Source of the DNA: Acidobacteriota bacterium | Lineage (GTDB): Bacteria; Acidobacteriota; UBA890; WLXD01 | Length of the DNA: 64,000 nucleotides | Direction: 5' to 3' | Assembly: GCA_965248695.1 (NCBI GenBank) | Contig: CBDFKD010000002.1 | Location: 5,161,691 to 5,225,690, forward strand | Shown here: positions 63,942-64,000 of the stretch, in pieces | Layout: every line of letters starts with the position of its first letter | How positions within the stretch are numbered: position 1 is the stretch's first letter | Position numbers and translations under genes: made by a program | The notes under the pieces: generated by a model | Databases searched by the model: none | What the model was told of the DNA's origin: nothing | The model's input: only the letters and a program-made list of their open reading frames with translations

Positions 63942-64000
63942 CGCTACCGAGCCCCACCACCCCCACGCCACTGCGGAGTGAGGCGAACGGCGCAGTCAAC

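Overview
GC-rich bacterial chromosome segment in three parts; all family calls come from reading motifs by eye, with no database search. (1) 1-27.1 kb is a metabolic and transport neighbourhood. It holds Tat-signal oxidoreductases (two Rieske oxygenase paralogs; two SpdH-like flavoproteins, one decayed), a PQQ dehydrogenase, NTF2-like lipoproteins, an osmoprotectant-type ABC system and a ribose-type ABC system. Three of these genes are broken by a frameshift or deletion. An IS256-family element with a 9-bp target duplication sits inside one of two copies of a ~400-460 nt repeat. That repeat starts right after a stop codon, and its long stems differ in sequence between copies but stay complementary. 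I could not place it in any family I know. (2) ~27.1-53.7 kb is a siphovirus-like prophage late region: two DNA methyltransferases, terminase, portal, scaffold, capsid, tail, tape measure, fibre and lysis genes. Its oddities are three tandem ~85-nt hairpin modules between the scaffold and capsid genes, a split head-morphogenesis gene, a 400-bp non-coding gap containing a G12 tract, and a Tat-signal protein in the lysis cassette. No integrase, repressor or replication genes lie on its left side. (3) 53.7-64 kb is a mosaic accessory region. It contains a Gp49/HigB-like + XRE + unknown three-gene operon, prophage and IS scars, an IS1-family element and two divergent HTH switch regions. It also contains two well-folding tRNA genes whose anticodons do not fit their bodies: a Leu-type class II body with UGC, and a Cys-like body with GGA. 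The top candidates for something undescribed are the covarying repeat, the mismatched tRNAs, the capsid-proximal hairpin modules and the three-gene operon.
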